From assembly GCA_964035545.1 (NCBI GenBank), contig OZ037766.1, positions 32,354,773-32,418,772 of the forward strand: a DNA stretch of 64,000 nt. The letters are read 5' to 3'. Positions 63,301 to 64,000 of this stretch are shown one piece after another. Made by a program: the position numbers and the translations under genes. The notes under the pieces are model-generated. The model was not told where the DNA came from. It was given only the letters and a program-made list of their open reading frames with translations, and made no database searches. The first letter of the stretch is position 1. Each line of letters starts with the position of its first letter. Source of the DNA: Bugula neritina. Lineage: Eukaryota; Animalia; Bryozoa.

Positions 63301-64000
63301 ATTTTGGGGGATAAAAGCTGCAACAAATACTGGTACCAATTCTACCTCCACGTCGTTGAGAATTTAGTTACTGCGTGTTATAGGCTGTTAGATTTCACAC
63401 CATTGCAAATAAGAAATGGATACTGATTGATTTCAACTATGAGGTTAAGTTTTCTTTTCTAGTTTTTTCTTCATTACTTATAATATAATACAATATATAT
63501 GATATATGCACAAGGGCTGAAAGTCTTTCAATTTGAAATACTTAAATAAAACTCTTTTTGCTTTCAAATCTGAATTACAATAACTATAATAATAATTCAA
63601 ATAAAGCTGTTGTGAAATTTTACTAAAAAAAGTCCTTGAATCAAAACACAGATGTTATCCTCTAATTTTGCTTAATTTATTCCGAGCTGTCAAATATAAT
63701 GGCTAGCTGTGCCAATTCCAGAGTTGCAAAACCTTCATCTTTACGAATTTGTAAACTTTGTACATTACGTCTACTAGGGAGAGGTAAAAGCCACAATCAA
63801 TCATATCTAACAAGTTTCTATTCTGATAGGTTCATTTTGAATTGAGATTAATTCACAAACAGGTTGCAAACTCTTTAGAGAGAAGTTGTTTAAATGTTAT
63901 CTGATAGTATATATTTGTATGTGATATTTTATGTGTCAGATTGACTCCTGAATCAATATAGCAGTTTGACAAAACTACCTGTTGCCATCCTACAAAAAAC

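Noticed and set aside
55300-64000. Short ORFs as GPCR ectodomain exons or transposon genes
   Set aside because: No recognisable motifs and no chain of phase-compatible exons.

Overview
AT-rich, intron-dense metazoan (invertebrate-like) genomic DNA with no prokaryotic features. Four genes were reconstructed by hand from GT-AG junctions and frame continuity. (1) Phosphoglycerate kinase (+, 2191-6420, 11 exons, 416 aa). (2) Ribonucleotide reductase large subunit RRM1 (-, 14379-7209, 18 exons, ~801 aa), with an E2F/CCAAT promoter. (3) An ARAP-family PH/ArfGAP/ankyrin/RhoGAP/RA protein (+, 16111-47965, ~38 exons, ~1846 aa), divergent from RRM1. (4) A GPR156-like class C GPCR with no visible Venus-flytrap domain (-, >=55208-48693, 9 exons). 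Most long ORFs in the supplied track are artefacts of intronic tandem repeats. The main unexplained pattern is a set of unrelated minisatellites (units 20-55 bp) whose unit is a copy of the adjacent exon-intron junction. They form arrays of up to 26 5' splice sites or 12 3' splice sites. The homology-consistent gene model uses the exon-proximal copy in every case. Some arrays are frame-preserving and could give variable-length isoforms, and some repeat an AG|GT motif like a recursive splice site. They occur in PGK, RRM1 and ARAP but not in the GPCR gene. All exon models are sequence-only predictions without transcript data.
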